NCBI GenBank assembly: GCA_024137785.1
Contig: JAHRHZ010000024.1
Span: 30,932,275-30,996,274, forward strand
Source of the DNA: Ginglymostoma cirratum
Lineage: Eukaryota
Length of the DNA stretch: 64,000 bases
Direction: 5' to 3'
Part shown: one piece after another, positions 37,265 through 49,847 of the stretch
Layout: every line of letters starts with the position of its first letter
How positions within the stretch are numbered: position 1 is the first letter of the stretch
Notes under the pieces: generated by a model
What the model was told of the DNA's origin: nothing
What the model saw: the letters and a program-made list of their open reading frames with translations, nothing else
Database searches by the model: none
Position numbers and translations under genes: made by a program

Positions 37265-39109
37265 CTGAAAGACATCAGAATATTTAATACTAAATTAGTA
37301 ACAACAATAGTATAAACAGATCAGGATATGTACAGAATATCGCACTACAGACAATCTATGCTTAACTATGTTTATGGCATGGTAACCATTAGATTGAACA
37401 ATTGCAATAAAGGCTAGTCATGGGAAGGTAATCAGAAAGACTAACCTAATAACTTGGAAGCGATTTATAGATCAGCATGTATAAGCAACTAATAATCAAT
37501 GAATTATGCAAAAATGGTTGCAAAATGTTCTTTTATAGGGGTTAAGGTACAGTGCATGTTAGGTTAGTGATCATAGTATTATTCAACTGCACGATCAGAG
37601 CTAGAAATACTGCAAAAGGTCATCTTCAAATGAATAAAAAAGATTGACTATTAATGTCATCCCTGAAAAACCTTTCAGTGACTCATTTGTTTTAACTAAT
37701 AGAAGTACTAGTCTATTCAAAATTTTTGAAAAATTTAAAATATGCTGTTGAAAGCTAACAGCTTACTTCAGCTAGAAATGGAATTGAAATCAAGTATTGT
37801 TTTTCCTTAAAAAACCCTACTTTTAAAAAAGCCTTTAAGCAATTCATCTAAATTTGAGCAGATATATGCCTGTACAAGTTATCATATTAATTCTTAATAT
37901 TTTATGTAGTTTTTCTTGATCTAGCTAAGGTGCACATTTTGAAAGTTAGTCACATTACCTAATTCTCACCACTGAATACAGACAAATCTTAACTAAAAAT
38001 AACACTGAAGTGGGAGATAGACAATCACCATAAAAGACTCCATAAGATGCAATGAAATGCATTTTTGTACAGCTTTTCCCACTTACATTATATATTTTTG
38101 GCTCGAAAGATTAAAGCTGTGCAATACCTTAAGCAAAAGTGTAACTGTGTACCAACCCAACACGAAGGACAGTTAGAGGTTAGCTAAAACAATTCCATAA
38201 CTTTTATCCACGGGTCTGCATTAAGTATTGATGATCAGTTTCAGAATGACAGCCAAAATAATTTTTCTTATGCTTATTCTTAGATGCATATACATCATAT
38301 AGAACGGCCCTTAAATTGACACCAGCCTCATATGCCATAATAAAGGTGACTGGATCAAAGATTAATGCTTTTTCCATGTCTTATCAGAAGGCTTTCCAAC
38401 AGTTTAACACACAAATGAGCAGATTTGGAAATGTCTGAAACTGCCAATTGAGCAAATTATCATACACAATACCAAATCTCTCTGCTTAGGAATGGGTTTG
38501 ATAAATGGAACAAAATAAGCGAATTATCTTCATTAACGAATTTGTTAAGAGAGTGCTTCATATTTATCATTTCTGTGGACTCCATTTTGAAGGACTGTGG
38601 AGATATTAGAATAGTTTTTTTCTTTAAGAAACATCAATGAAAAGACACATTGAAAACATTTTTTTAAAAAACAGCAAGGCTTGTTGGTAATTAATCTTGT
38701 GATAAACTGCTGATCTTGGTTACTTGAATGCATTTCAGGGAAAACACCTGACTGTTTTCAGAATGAGTTTTCTAGCTATTCTGTTTGAACAGTGTTTGCA
38801 GAATTGGAGTTCATCTTTTTGGCCTTTCAATTAAGAAAAAAACCTGCTTCAGAACAAGTTGGTCAGCTCACATCTCTTGTTTAGGAAACACCGTTGCTGT
38901 AAGATCAGGGTGAAACCCGATTCATTTACTCTTCCAATAGAACTAAGAACTTTTGAATATTGTATTTCTTGAGCTTTATTTTCCTATATCTGCCAAGATC
39001 CCAAAACCATGCGCGATTAGTTACTTGACCACACGTGTAAGAACATCAGATCGTCGGAATTCAAGCATTCTGAATCTTATTTTTTGCCTTCAATCTTAAC
39101 GTCCATTGT

Positions 39110-39500
39110 CCAGATAGGGTCCCCCTGGTCCTCACTTACAATTCCACCAGTATCTGCGTCCAAAGGATTGTAATCCACCATTTTCACCTTTACAGGATCC
39201 ATCCATCTCCCACCCCAACTCTGTCAGCATCTCGCAGGGATCATTCCCTCACCATCGCAGAAAGTCCAACACCTGCCCAATTACATTCTCACTCCTCACC
39301 ATCCAAGGTCTCAGACATACCTTCCAGGTGAAGCAGCAATCTACTTATATTTCATTCAATCTAGTCTACCGAGTTTGCTGTTCAGTGTGGCCTCCTCTAC
39401 ATTGGGGAGGCAAATGCGGACTTGGTGAACACTTTGCAGAGCACCTACATCTTGTCCACAAAAATGACCTTAAGCTTCCAGTCACCTGCAACTTTTATAT
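39110..39500 (+). mobile_element. Penelope-like linker/GIY-YIG fragment
   Basis: PLVLTY and NLVY...CGLLYIGE remnants. Confidence 0.7.
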
Positions 39501-39757
39501 TTGGGGTGATTCATGGAATTAGAGGGATTAGAATGACAATACGCTCATTTCAACTTGGTTGTAACAAACTGATCAGGAATCCTTCTCACATTCAAGAACA
39601 GAGTTTAGCTCCAAGGAATGCCAAGGATTGGACATTAGCTTAAACGTGCATCATGTGTGAGGGCTTTTCTGATATCAGGAAACACACAAGTTTCCCAAAC
39701 ACATTGCAACTCCTTAATTTTTTTTCGCAGATATCCTCCCATATTCAGCCTAATTAA

Positions 39758-40219
39758 TTGGGGGTCTGGAATCTAACAGTGGTGGTAGAAGATAGCAGTG
39801 CAACCTGTTATTTACGCAAAGACTGGAGACAGGATCATACAGCAGACTCCACAAATCTATTGGCCTAACAGCAAGATGGAAAATGTATGTTTGCGGTTAG
39901 GATTAATTGCGTAGCTTGTTAATAAGCCCGCAGGAAACATTCCAACTCATGCAATATATAGCCTTATTGTATTAACTAAATGACCATCCCTCCGCATCCG
40001 AGTGGTTTGGTCATCCACTCCAATATTGCCTCCTTTCTAGCGGTTCTGATGTCTTAGATTTTTAAAGTTTTAATCTCTGAATCAACCTAACCCACCTGTT
40101 ATGGAAGTTTAGATTACCCAGAGTGCTCAATAGAAATATAAAAATGCTATGGTACTCCAGCTGGATATTGCTAGATGTAGACTGCTAGATCTAACCACTG
40201 TTAGATTCCAGACCCCCAA
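39758..40219. mobile_element. MITE-like element with perfect 26-bp terminal inverted repeats
   Basis: TTGGGGGTCTGGAATCTAACAGTGGT (39758-39783) and its exact reverse complement (40194-40219). Confidence 0.75.
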
Positions 40220-40221
40220 GA

Positions 40222-40440
40222 TAGACAAACAGAAAGCTGGAAGAACACAGCTGGCCAGGCAGCATCTGGAGGAAAGGAGCACTCAACATTTCGGCTATTA
40301 CCTTTCTTCAGGACATACCCTCTTCAGGTAATACCCAAAATGTTGACTATGTCCTTAAGGTAATAGCCGAAATGTTGAGGGCTCCTTTCCTCCAGATGCT
40401 GCCTGGTGAGCTGTGTTCTTCCATTTACCCGTTTGTCAGC
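40222..40440. mobile_element. Fold-back Penelope-terminus element
   Basis: GGAAGAACACAGCT..CCAGGCAGCATCTGGAGGAAAGGAGC and its inverted copy. Confidence 0.75.
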
Positions 40441-41649
40441 CACTTACAACCCAACTGATTGCTTTACCATTTCCACCCATCCCCACTACCACCCACCAAC
40501 ATTCCAGAGTGTTATTATCCTGCAAAGATGTGTAGGTGGGGTTACGTTGCTTGCAAGGTAACTACCGTATTCGAATATTTCTCACCACCCACGAGTTAGT
40601 TAATCTTGTTTCCTCGTGCTACTTCCTCCAAACAATTTAGGAGTCAACCCAAGTACCTTAAAGTTAGGAAGGGCTTGTCCTGCGTGGAAGTCATCCTGTC
40701 AGTTGTCAGAATGGACAGTTCAAATGCACTGCAGAAATATCTATATGGTGTACCAGGATTATTCCTAGTTGCAATGGACCAAGATTATTCCTAATCACAG
40801 CTTTGCAATGTCATGGATTTCCAAGAAAGCAGCTATAGGATGAAGCCTACTCCTAAGTTTGCTCCGTGTAAGATGAGCAGTGTCACTGACTACTCAAATC
40901 ACCAGTTTTGCGTCACTGAAGAAATGAGTAACTATCAAGCTCCTAAGTAAGTCTTTCATATATACATTCATAGCCACCTTCATGTACCTAACAAAATTCT
41001 GATACTGACTCTGTGGCAGTAAATTGAAACAACTGAATGATTTCTTGACTTAAATCAGCAAGTCCCAAGACCCCTCCCATTAAATTATTAAATCAATGTT
41101 TTGCACTTAACTCCAGAAGCCATATGTCAGGAGGTCTGAATGATGTAAATTATAAAATTTAATTAAAGATTCAGATGGAAAGGGAAAAGTAACCTCCAAA
41201 TATTTTGCATTATGAATGATTTGCTAACGAGTCATGAAAAACAAATGGGTGTGCATAAGAGATTTAAAAGAAATCATCGTTACCTAAATGTAGTTCACAA
41301 AGTGGTAATGATCATGAGAACATAAGATCTTTTCATCAGCCCAGATAGTGTCTATTACTGGGACAACCACCAGAAATCACAATCTACATTTACAGTCTTT
41401 CAATAACTAGGGTTTTTCTGGATTTGGAGACAGTTAATAACCTTTTTATATAGTAAATTACAACAGCAAAGTTTGCAACCGTTGAGGAGTCATCCATATA
41501 CTGCGTTGTGTTTGTGTATGATTTCATAGTATCATCTGCTATCTAGTAAAGGGAGAAATAATCTAGCCTCCAAGCTATCATGATTTCTGTTCTTAATTTG
41601 AAAAGCAGCTCCCAACTTTCAGCAGTAGCACAGGAACTGGTGTTTAAAT

Positions 41650-42130
41650 GGGAGGATGAATAATGGTAACATCATTGGACTTTCCAGCAGCCCAGACTAA
41701 TATTCCAGGGACACTGATTCAAATTCCATCATAGCAGTGGGTGGAATTTCTATTCAATTAATAAATCTAGAATATAAACCTAATGTCAGTAACAGTGCCA
41801 TGTAACTACCACTGATCACTCTAAAAACCCATCTGATTCACTAATGCTCTTTAGGGAAGGAAATTTGCCACCTTTACTTGGTCAGGACCCACAACAATGT
41901 GTTTGATTCTCAATGCCCCTCTAAAATGTCTAGGCAAGGCACTGAGTTCTAAGGCAAATAGGGACAAGTAACAAACATATTCTGCAAAATCCACACTCCA
42001 AGAAAATTGAAGGACAAACTGCAAACCCTCAAAGCATCACAACTGGCATTGGTAATTGCAAAAGAGACAATCTACTGCTTTGATTTGCTCTGGTTAAATG
42101 CTCATCTGAATAAGTCATGCCATGAGCTAG
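41650..42130 (+). mobile_element. Older copy of the same SINE/LINE-related family as 5355-5704
   Basis: Shares AAAAACCCATCTG.TTCACTAATG.CTTTAGGGAAGGAA. Confidence 0.7.
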
Positions 42131-43807
42131 AACAACAACTAGGCAGTGGGCCGCTTTAATTCTGCTCAACCACACACACACACACCAGCAGAACTTAGAA
42201 TGTCAGCTCCATGTATCAGGCTATCTTAATGTCTTTAGTTTAATCAACTGCTGCATTACACCATAAACCATCTACATGCTCCTACACATGGATGCCCTAA
42301 ATGTCACAAACAGCATGTTTGTTACAGGAGTACAAAAAGACTGCAGCTGAGGATTTTTTAATTGAATTTTTATGCTACTCATGTGTTATACTCACCACTC
42401 TATGTGAAGTGGCTGAACCTGCAGGTTCAACCAGCTCTCTCACATGTAGTGCAGATGACAGTGCCCGAGATCTCTTTAAACAGGGATAACTGTATTGGTC
42501 TGGGTGAAGTCAAAGCCTTGTAAGGACGTTGGCAACTAACACCAGGCATAGGATGTACATTTGAACTGTACGGACATTGGAGTTTAGATCCTACATTTAC
42601 TTATGTCCCTACCAACACTGCACTCAGGTTCTCCTTACAATACTCCATTACGTTCCTAACATGGCGGTCTGTCCTCACTGTATTTTTTTTCTACTTCATG
42701 TCCCAGCACCCAGTCAAAAGTGACTGAACCCCATCTCCCTGCACCTTCCCCAGCCCTTCCTTCATCCCCAATGTTCCCAAACCTCCGTGCAAGCTGCCAT
42801 TCTCTTGTTTTCTTCCCTTTTGCAGTAAAGTTAAATAAGGAAAACCACTAACACAAAACATAACTTCACAAAGCTGACAGATGGCATACCATCCTGAAAC
42901 ACTGAATCAGCTGCAATGACAGACTAACGTGCCACAGACTTTACCTTGAAGGTAATTAAGTAAAGGTTGACTTTAATGAGTATGCATGGTATATAAATAT
43001 ATTGTAAGTATGAGCTACTCAGGCTGCATGAGGTTCAACAGACCACAAACACATAGTTGACTCAATTTCTATACCTCAGCCCACTATCACAAAATAGACA
43101 GTTTGCATCTTGTCTAATTCAGTCACCATCACACACTGCAGGCTCCATAAAATCCCTCCCCTTTGGTCTCAAAGCTACAACTTAATTTTGTAAAGCAGGA
43201 ATCATTGCTCCATATTCTAAGGAACAAGACCTAAACTCTTATCGAATTTCTGGTGACAGTATTGAACTTTCTCACATTAAATCTAGATTCTGAGTTGTGC
43301 AACTGCCACTAACAGACACGTATTAAGATGTAAGGAGAAAGCCAGAAGTATTAGCAATTTTCAATCATTTTCAGATCCAAATTTTCTTCATTGCTGGTGA
43401 TGCTAACATTCCAAGAACGAATAAAACAATTTTTTATGTTAACATGGAACCACAGTCAGTTGTTGCAACTAATCAGCCATTTTGGCACATGACCTGTGGG
43501 ATTCTGAGTATGGTGAACAATTTGGAATTTATCTTTTGAACATAAAACCATCTTAGAAATTGGATCCAAGTTTAAGATTGAATAAAAGGTAACAGGACCT
43601 AAATCCTCTTACAGCCCCTTTTTATCATACCCAGAATGACATGACATTTTGCTAATGCATGTTTTCATTCCAAATAACTACACAAAAGGTCACCATTATG
43701 TACAAAGGAACAGAATTCTACTAAATAATTTAGTCACAACTGGTTCATATGGGTTTTGCACTTGACTTATATTTGATCTAAATTCAACGCTAAAATGATT
43801 AAAATAC

Positions 43808-43992
43808 CTATTTCAAAGCATTCTTTTTTAATTATTTCTTGACGGTCAGCAAAATTTGAGGATCCTGCTTCATTTGGAGGCACTTCTTTCATAAGCTCGC
43901 CATCCATTTCTTCAGTAGACACGATGTCTCTAAGGAACACATCATTGTCAGGCTGCTTTTTAAAGTCATCAAAATCTTTCTTCATTCGAGCC
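43808..43992 (-). CDS. BRD10: BRD10 penultimate exon (ARMKKDFDDFKKQPDNDVF...)
   Basis: Resembles human RLKKDYDDFRRQPDHD; acceptor ttttcaag, donor GTATTT; 185 bp, phase 2-1. Confidence 0.9.
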
Positions 43993-45979
43993 CTTGAAAA
44001 GATTTTTAAAAAGTGCAGTTTAATTAATTAGACTTTCGTATTGCTAGTACACACAAAGAATTCATTTGTTTTCATCAAAGGCCTGTAACTGAGGTACAAA
44101 AGATGCGTAGTGCTAAAGATGAAATATCATACATCTGAGATCTCAAACAATGAGGATTGAAGTTCAGGAACATATGGAAGCAAATAAGAGGGTTTCTTAT
44201 TGACAAACAGCAGTGACAAAATAAAGTTTGTGTCGCTGGATGACAAATAAGAAGGGGATATGATCAAAAAGCTAGAAGAACTTCCAGCTCTTCATATTGC
44301 GAAATCTTTAATGTCACAGGCTCAGTTTAACATCTCATACTATCAGGACAACAGTTTAACAAATGCATATTTTGCTCCTATTTCCCTAAACCTGTGTATC
44401 GCACAGTGTCATATAATTTTGCCAACACCTGCCAGATCAACATTCTATTAGCAATGGCTTCCTAACTCTTTTGCATGAGTGCCCTTCCTCAATTATTAAA
44501 ATTCTACAACAAAAATTAGATACGCAAATAAAGAAGTCCACACAGGTACGATGGGCTTCTTCTACGAACGACAAGTCCATGAAAGTTGACCTCCTTTTTA
44601 TTAATACGAGTACAAATGATACCATACTTCAAGCAGTTCATCTGAAACAAAGATTCCCTTAGTACTCCATGTAATACTATCATGAATCTATTTCTAAAGA
44701 ACAAGAATGTGTGATAAAATGTACAAGAATCCTAACCAGCCCACAGTTCTCAAAATACATCTGGGTGAGCTAGAACCACCACCAGAAAGTTTACATTTAG
44801 TGACAGTTGTGGAACATTCCCTATGTCAAGCACCACAATCTCCAGCATCATTTGAACTAAAAAAATACATTCATTTGTTTAGATAGAAGTAAATTCTATA
44901 ACATACATAACTTGCAGAAAGATGTAAAGGAGCCTGCTTGGTTAGGATGCATGCGTTAAAGCAATCAAGATGATACACATCCCACATTTACAATCCTGTA
45001 ATAGAAGTAAAATCGCTTAACGTGCTTGCCAGGGTTCTTAACCTTGCCAGGTTGTGTTATTAATTGAAAATATATTAAGAAAGCAACTAATTACTCAGAC
45101 GGACTCACTTTTCCAAATCTGCTCCATTGTTAAGATAAATTGTGCCTGTGTTGTACTAAGACGTAAATTTAAAACAGGCAATGACTACTGTACAACTATC
45201 AAATTTTCTTTGCTCTTTAGATAAATATTTATGTTGCCAGATCGGCTGAGATAAGAGAAAGATCTAAACATTCAATGTTAATATTTGAAAATTAAGGGTA
45301 TGATGCAAGGTGAGAAATGACTACATTTGAATGGGCAGTTTATGGTTGTCAGTCTGTCACTCAATCAATCAGAATCATTGTTCATTCCATTATTTCAGAT
45401 AAAATCTTTTCATTTTAAAATGTTGATCTGTTCCTGAAGAAGTAAACAAACAAATCCAATTCCCATGTCATAAAAATGTCTACAAAATCAATATTCCTGA
45501 CACTGCATTCCTATTTAAAGCTGGGTAACTTTCTAACACATTGCATGAGCTGACTGGGAAATCATTAATGGATATCAGCTAATGGAGAATTTAAATCAGA
45601 TATTTAAAAAAAATACACCAATCACAGCGTGTCAAGAGTAAGATGCTCTTTACATCACCCCGACATTTTCGTGCAATTATTTTATTTCATAAGCCAGTAA
45701 CAAGAGCAACATACACTGCTTTCAGAAGGTCGTCTCACCGTGACATAATATGCAAAAGGAAAAGGCACAGAAACATAGGGCTATGGGTAAAAGGAAACCG
45801 TTCAGACCTTTGAGGTTTCATCTGTCATTCCACAAGATCATGACCGACAAGGATTGTGGTCTGAACTCCACTTTTCTGTCTAACTTCATATATATTTCGT
45901 ACATATCCCCTCATGCCCGTGGTTAACAAAAATTGATCAATCACAGACTTTAAATTAGCAATCAACTTCACATCAATTA

Positions 45980-46600
45980 CCATCATCCCAAATCCTTTGA
46001 CACTGACTCCATCCCTCTCCCCATTAACTGCCTAAGGCTAAACCAGATTGTTGGCAATCGCAGCATTATATCTGAACCAGGACTGAACTGGTGATCACAT
46101 CTCCACATCTCACTCTGGCTGTTAAACCCATGTCCATGCACATTACCTCTACAGATTTCAAGTGTACTATTAGCTGGCATCTCATGTTTGACTCTTTGTA
46201 AACTAGAGGGCTGCTGAAAGTTTGTTGCCTATTCACAAGTCTCCACGTGCTCAAAAAATCTACACTGACTTCCTTTTAAGTACAAATTTGAACTTCAAAA
46301 CAATTATTGACTTTTTCAAATCCTACTACACTTCCATAATCTTCTCAAGCCCAACTACTCCAAAATATTTGTATTCAACTATTTCTGGCCACAAGTCTCT
46401 CCAATTTTAAACGCTCTGAAATTCCCTTTTTAAACATCCCCATCTCTTTTGCCACCTTAAGACTGTCCTTAAATCTTAGTCTTTGATTTTTGTGATTTAT
46501 CCTAATATTGCTTTGTGGCTCAATGTCAAATAATTTTTTATAATTTTTTTGCATGAAATACCTTGGGGCATTATGTTAAGGTGCTGTTGCTATCACAGAA
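45980..46600 (+). mobile_element. Ancient L2-like LINE fragment
   Basis: Pyrimidine-rich degenerate sequence resembling L2 ORF2 and 3' end; weak. Confidence 0.45.
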
Positions 46601-47071
46601 GTGACTTCCAAAGGACTGAATCAGCAAAAACATCTATCCTGATCAGTACAGTCTACTTTGAAATTACATATATCAGTACCGTTGCAGGCCAAAAGTTTAA
46701 GTAGTACACTGTTGAAATTTGAGATGACCACAAAAATAATTAAGTTGGAGAATGGAAATACATTTTTCTAACAATATGGAACTAATAAACCACAAACTGT
46801 TATTGAAGCAGAGGCCATGCATTCTCTTGGAACAAAATGAAATAACCGCTCGAAAAAAAAAGTTAAACAGTTATGGAAAAGGAATGGTGGATGGATTAGA
46901 TGGAGTGGAGAAAGACAATACTGGAGAAGTAATCTGTTTCTACGCTGCAACGTGTGATGGTTTTATTAAGATATAAAGAGCTGTGAAAGTCCTCCCCAGC
47001 CTGATTATTTACTAAAACTGTTAGAAAGGGTGAGGACAGGAGGATAAAAGGCACACTAGTACAAAAATTAC

Positions 47072-47187
47072 CGATTTCTTTGATGGGCTTTGATTAGCTT
47101 TTGTTCCCATGGCAACAATTCATTCAACAGTCGTCCAAGGGTACCATGCAAATCTTTTAAAGCTTGTCGTCTGTAAAACCATTTTTC
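47072..47187 (-). CDS. BRD10: BRD10 internal exon (EKWFYRRQALKDLHGTLGRLLNELLPWEQKLIKAHQRNR)
   Basis: Read manually; RLLNELLPWE motif; acceptor ctacag, donor GTAATT; 116 bp. Confidence 0.93.
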
Positions 47188-47421
47188 CTGTAGATTAAAA
47201 AAAACATTCCCACATTATACAGTAATAATCTCATAACTCCAACATTCCATCATTACTCAACAAGCTCACCTTTTGGCCCTGATGCAATAATGTTTTAGAA
47301 CAACTGAACTGACATTTCTGATGCAGAGATAAAAGGTACTGCAGATGCTGGAGAATCCGAGATAACAAGCATGGGGCTGGATGAACACAGCAGGTCAAGC
47401 AGCATCATAGGAGCAGGAAAA

Positions 47422-47455
47422 CTTGACGTTTCGGGCCTAGACCCTTCATCAGAAG
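47422..47455 (-). ncRNA. Minimal type I hammerhead motif
   Basis: Minus strand reads CTT-CTGATGA-AGGGTCTAGGCCC-GAAACGTC-AAG. Confidence 0.7.
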
Positions 47456-47569
47456 GGTTGCTGTCGGGGCGTGTAGAATCTTTTTGATGCTGTTCGTGCA
47501 GGCATCTTCTGACCCAGTTCTTTGGATATCCATTATCCTTGAACACTTGGAAGAGGTATTCTTCTTCCT

Positions 47570-47969
47570 NNNNNNNNNNNNNNNNNNNNNNNNNNNNNNN
47601 NNNNNNNNNNNNNNNNNNNNNNNNNNNNNNNNNNNNNNNNNNNNNNNNNNNNNNNNNNNNNNNNNNNNNNNNNNNNNNNNNNNNNNNNNNNNNNNNNNNN
47701 NNNNNNNNNNNNNNNNNNNNNNNNNNNNNNNNNNNNNNNNNNNNNNNNNNNNNNNNNNNNNNNNNNNNNNNNNNNNNNNNNNNNNNNNNNNNNNNNNNNN
47801 NNNNNNNNNNNNNNNNNNNNNNNNNNNNNNNNNNNNNNNNNNNNNNNNNNNNNNNNNNNNNNNNNNNNNNNNNNNNNNNNNNNNNNNNNNNNNNNNNNNN
47901 NNNNNNNNNNNNNNNNNNNNNNNNNNNNNNNNNNNNNNNNNNNNNNNNNNNNNNNNNNNNNNNNNNNNN
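47570..47969. other. Assembly gap (400 N)
   Basis: Run of N. Confidence 1.
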
Positions 47970-48560
47970 GAACAGCATCAAAAAGATTCTACACGCCCCG
48001 ACACACATCACACTACCCTACATCAGGAACACGGCGGAACTCACCACAAGACTCCTGCGACCGCTGGGCATCAGAGTGGCACACAAGCCCACGTCAGCCC
48101 TACGACATCTGCTCACCCGAACAGAAGACCCGCTCACCCGAACTAAAGACCCACTTCCCCGCCATGGACAGGACCAATGTCATCTACAAAATCCCCTGCA
48201 GAGACTGCGAGAAAAACTACATCGGACAAACAGGAAGGAAACTAACAACAAGAGTACATGAACACCAACTGGCTACAAAAAGACACAACCAAAACTCACT
48301 CATCTCAATCTACATGAACAAGGAAAACCAACGACTTCAACTGGGACAACACCAAGATCATGGGACAGGCTACGCAGAGACAAGCACGAGAATTCCTGGA
48401 AGCATGGCACTCTACGAAGCATGCTATTTAATAAACACATTGAACTCAACCCCATATACATTCCACTATGAAGGCAAACCGGAAGTGAGGCAATCCAACT
48501 CAACGGACCCCAGAGTTCAAAAACCAGGCAGGAAAACACACCGACGCTTCATCGGAGGCT

Positions 48561-48600
48561 GCACTGAGGATGTTACCAAGCATGGTAACGAAACGTCTGC
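48561..48600 (+). ncRNA. Minimal type I hammerhead ribozyme motif in a Penelope-like 3' region
   Basis: GCA-CTGAGGA-T-GTTACC(AAGCAT)GGTAAC-GAAA-C-GTC-TGC: intact core, 6-bp stem II, 3-bp stem I. Confidence 0.85.
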
Positions 48601-49199
48601 GAAACAAGAAACCAGCTCGGGAAGCCAACCAACCTCAACACCTACAACCCGAGCTACAAATCTACTCCAAAACCTCAGATACCAAGCAATCTTACCAGTC
48701 CCAAAATAGATTTGCTCAGAACTGGAGCTTTAGATATTTTTAGTGAACCAATTCAGACATGCTATGTCATACACCTGAAGGCCCTGGACCCAAGCCTTCT
48801 GGCCAGAGGCAGTGACATGATCACTGCACCACAACAGGCCTGAACTAGATTTTTAAACTGCGTTTCAACGTAAAATGACAACATTACTTAAAAATACAAT
48901 CTGGCAACAGTTGGAATTCTGCCATATTTACATGCAATCACATAGTTTCCTTCTACAGAAGAAAGGCCCAAGATGTATTTGAGGTGCAAATTAAGTTCTA
49001 AAACGTTCAAACTGCCATATATAAGTGATGCCTGAGTAAGCAGTGAAACACTTCACACAAATTCATACAACTTAAAATTGAAAATAAACCAGCATTCTGA
49101 ATCAGCAACATCCAAAAAGAAAGACAGTAGGAAGTACAATTCATTGCAACAAATTCGACTTTCAAATTTTGTTCCAGAGCAAACAGATCAATTACTTAC

Positions 49200-49289
49200 A
49201 GATTTCTTCTTATTATTTTCCAGTTCTTTTAGCTCTCCCTCCATTTTGGCAATGAGTTCCCTGAGTTCATCAAGACTAGTGCAAATGAG
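49200..49289 (-). CDS. BRD10: BRD10 internal exon (LICTSLDELRELIAKMEGELKELENNKKKS)
   Basis: LICT.LDELREL motif; acceptor tgtag, donor GTAAGT; 90 bp, phase 0-0. Confidence 0.93.
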
Positions 49290-49528
49290 CTACACAGGGA
49301 AATTTAATTAAAAAATTACTAACTTCAAAAAGGGCACATATCAGGCTATACAAAGAACAAAATATACAATAAGTACTTACAGCTACTGGCAAATTTGCAA
49401 CTTTAGACCAACTAATTTCTTATATTTCATGTTTTGTTTCTGGAACTAAATCTGGCATTTGAAAATATTGAGATTGTCATGTGAGGAAAACAACTAAACA
49501 GTAAAAAAGAACTTTAAACTGTTAAATT

Positions 49529-49847
49529 GGGTGGCACAGTGGTTTGTACTGCTGTCTCATAGCGCTGGGGACTGGGTTCGATCCCACCCTTGGGCGACCG
49601 CCTGTGTGGAGTTTGCACACTCTCCCTGTGTTTGCATGAGTTTCCTGCAGGTGCTCCAGTTTCCTTCCACAGTCTAAAGATGCGCAGGCTAGGTGGATTG
49701 GCCGTGCTAAATTGCTCATGTTCAGGGATGTGTAGATTAGATCAGGTAGGTTACAGGGGGGTTGTGTCTGGGTGGGATACTGAGGGTCGACGTGGACTTG
49801 TTGGGCCGAAGGGCCTGTTTCCACACTGTAGGGATTCTATGATTCTA
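49529..49847 (+). mobile_element. V-SINE (HE1-like)
   Basis: Same head and V-domain; tail GGGATTCTATGATTCTA. Confidence 0.92.

Larger units (their letters stand above)
47325..48680. mobile_element. Penelope-like retroelement pieces (GIY-YIG endonuclease, plus strand 47970-48680; inverted piece and a different-family terminus on the left) spanning an assembly gap
   Basis: NVIYKIPCRDCEKNYIGQTGRKLTTRVHEH is a GIY-YIG motif; FKDNGYP and ITLPYI are RT-thumb/linker motifs. Confidence 0.92.

Noticed and set aside
34842-37287. Plus-strand ORFs opposite the BRD10 terminal exon
   Set aside because: Antisense shadows of a long real CDS
47295-48261. ORFs of 220-240 aa
   Set aside because: Artefacts of translating through the 400-N gap; the flanks are Penelope fragments
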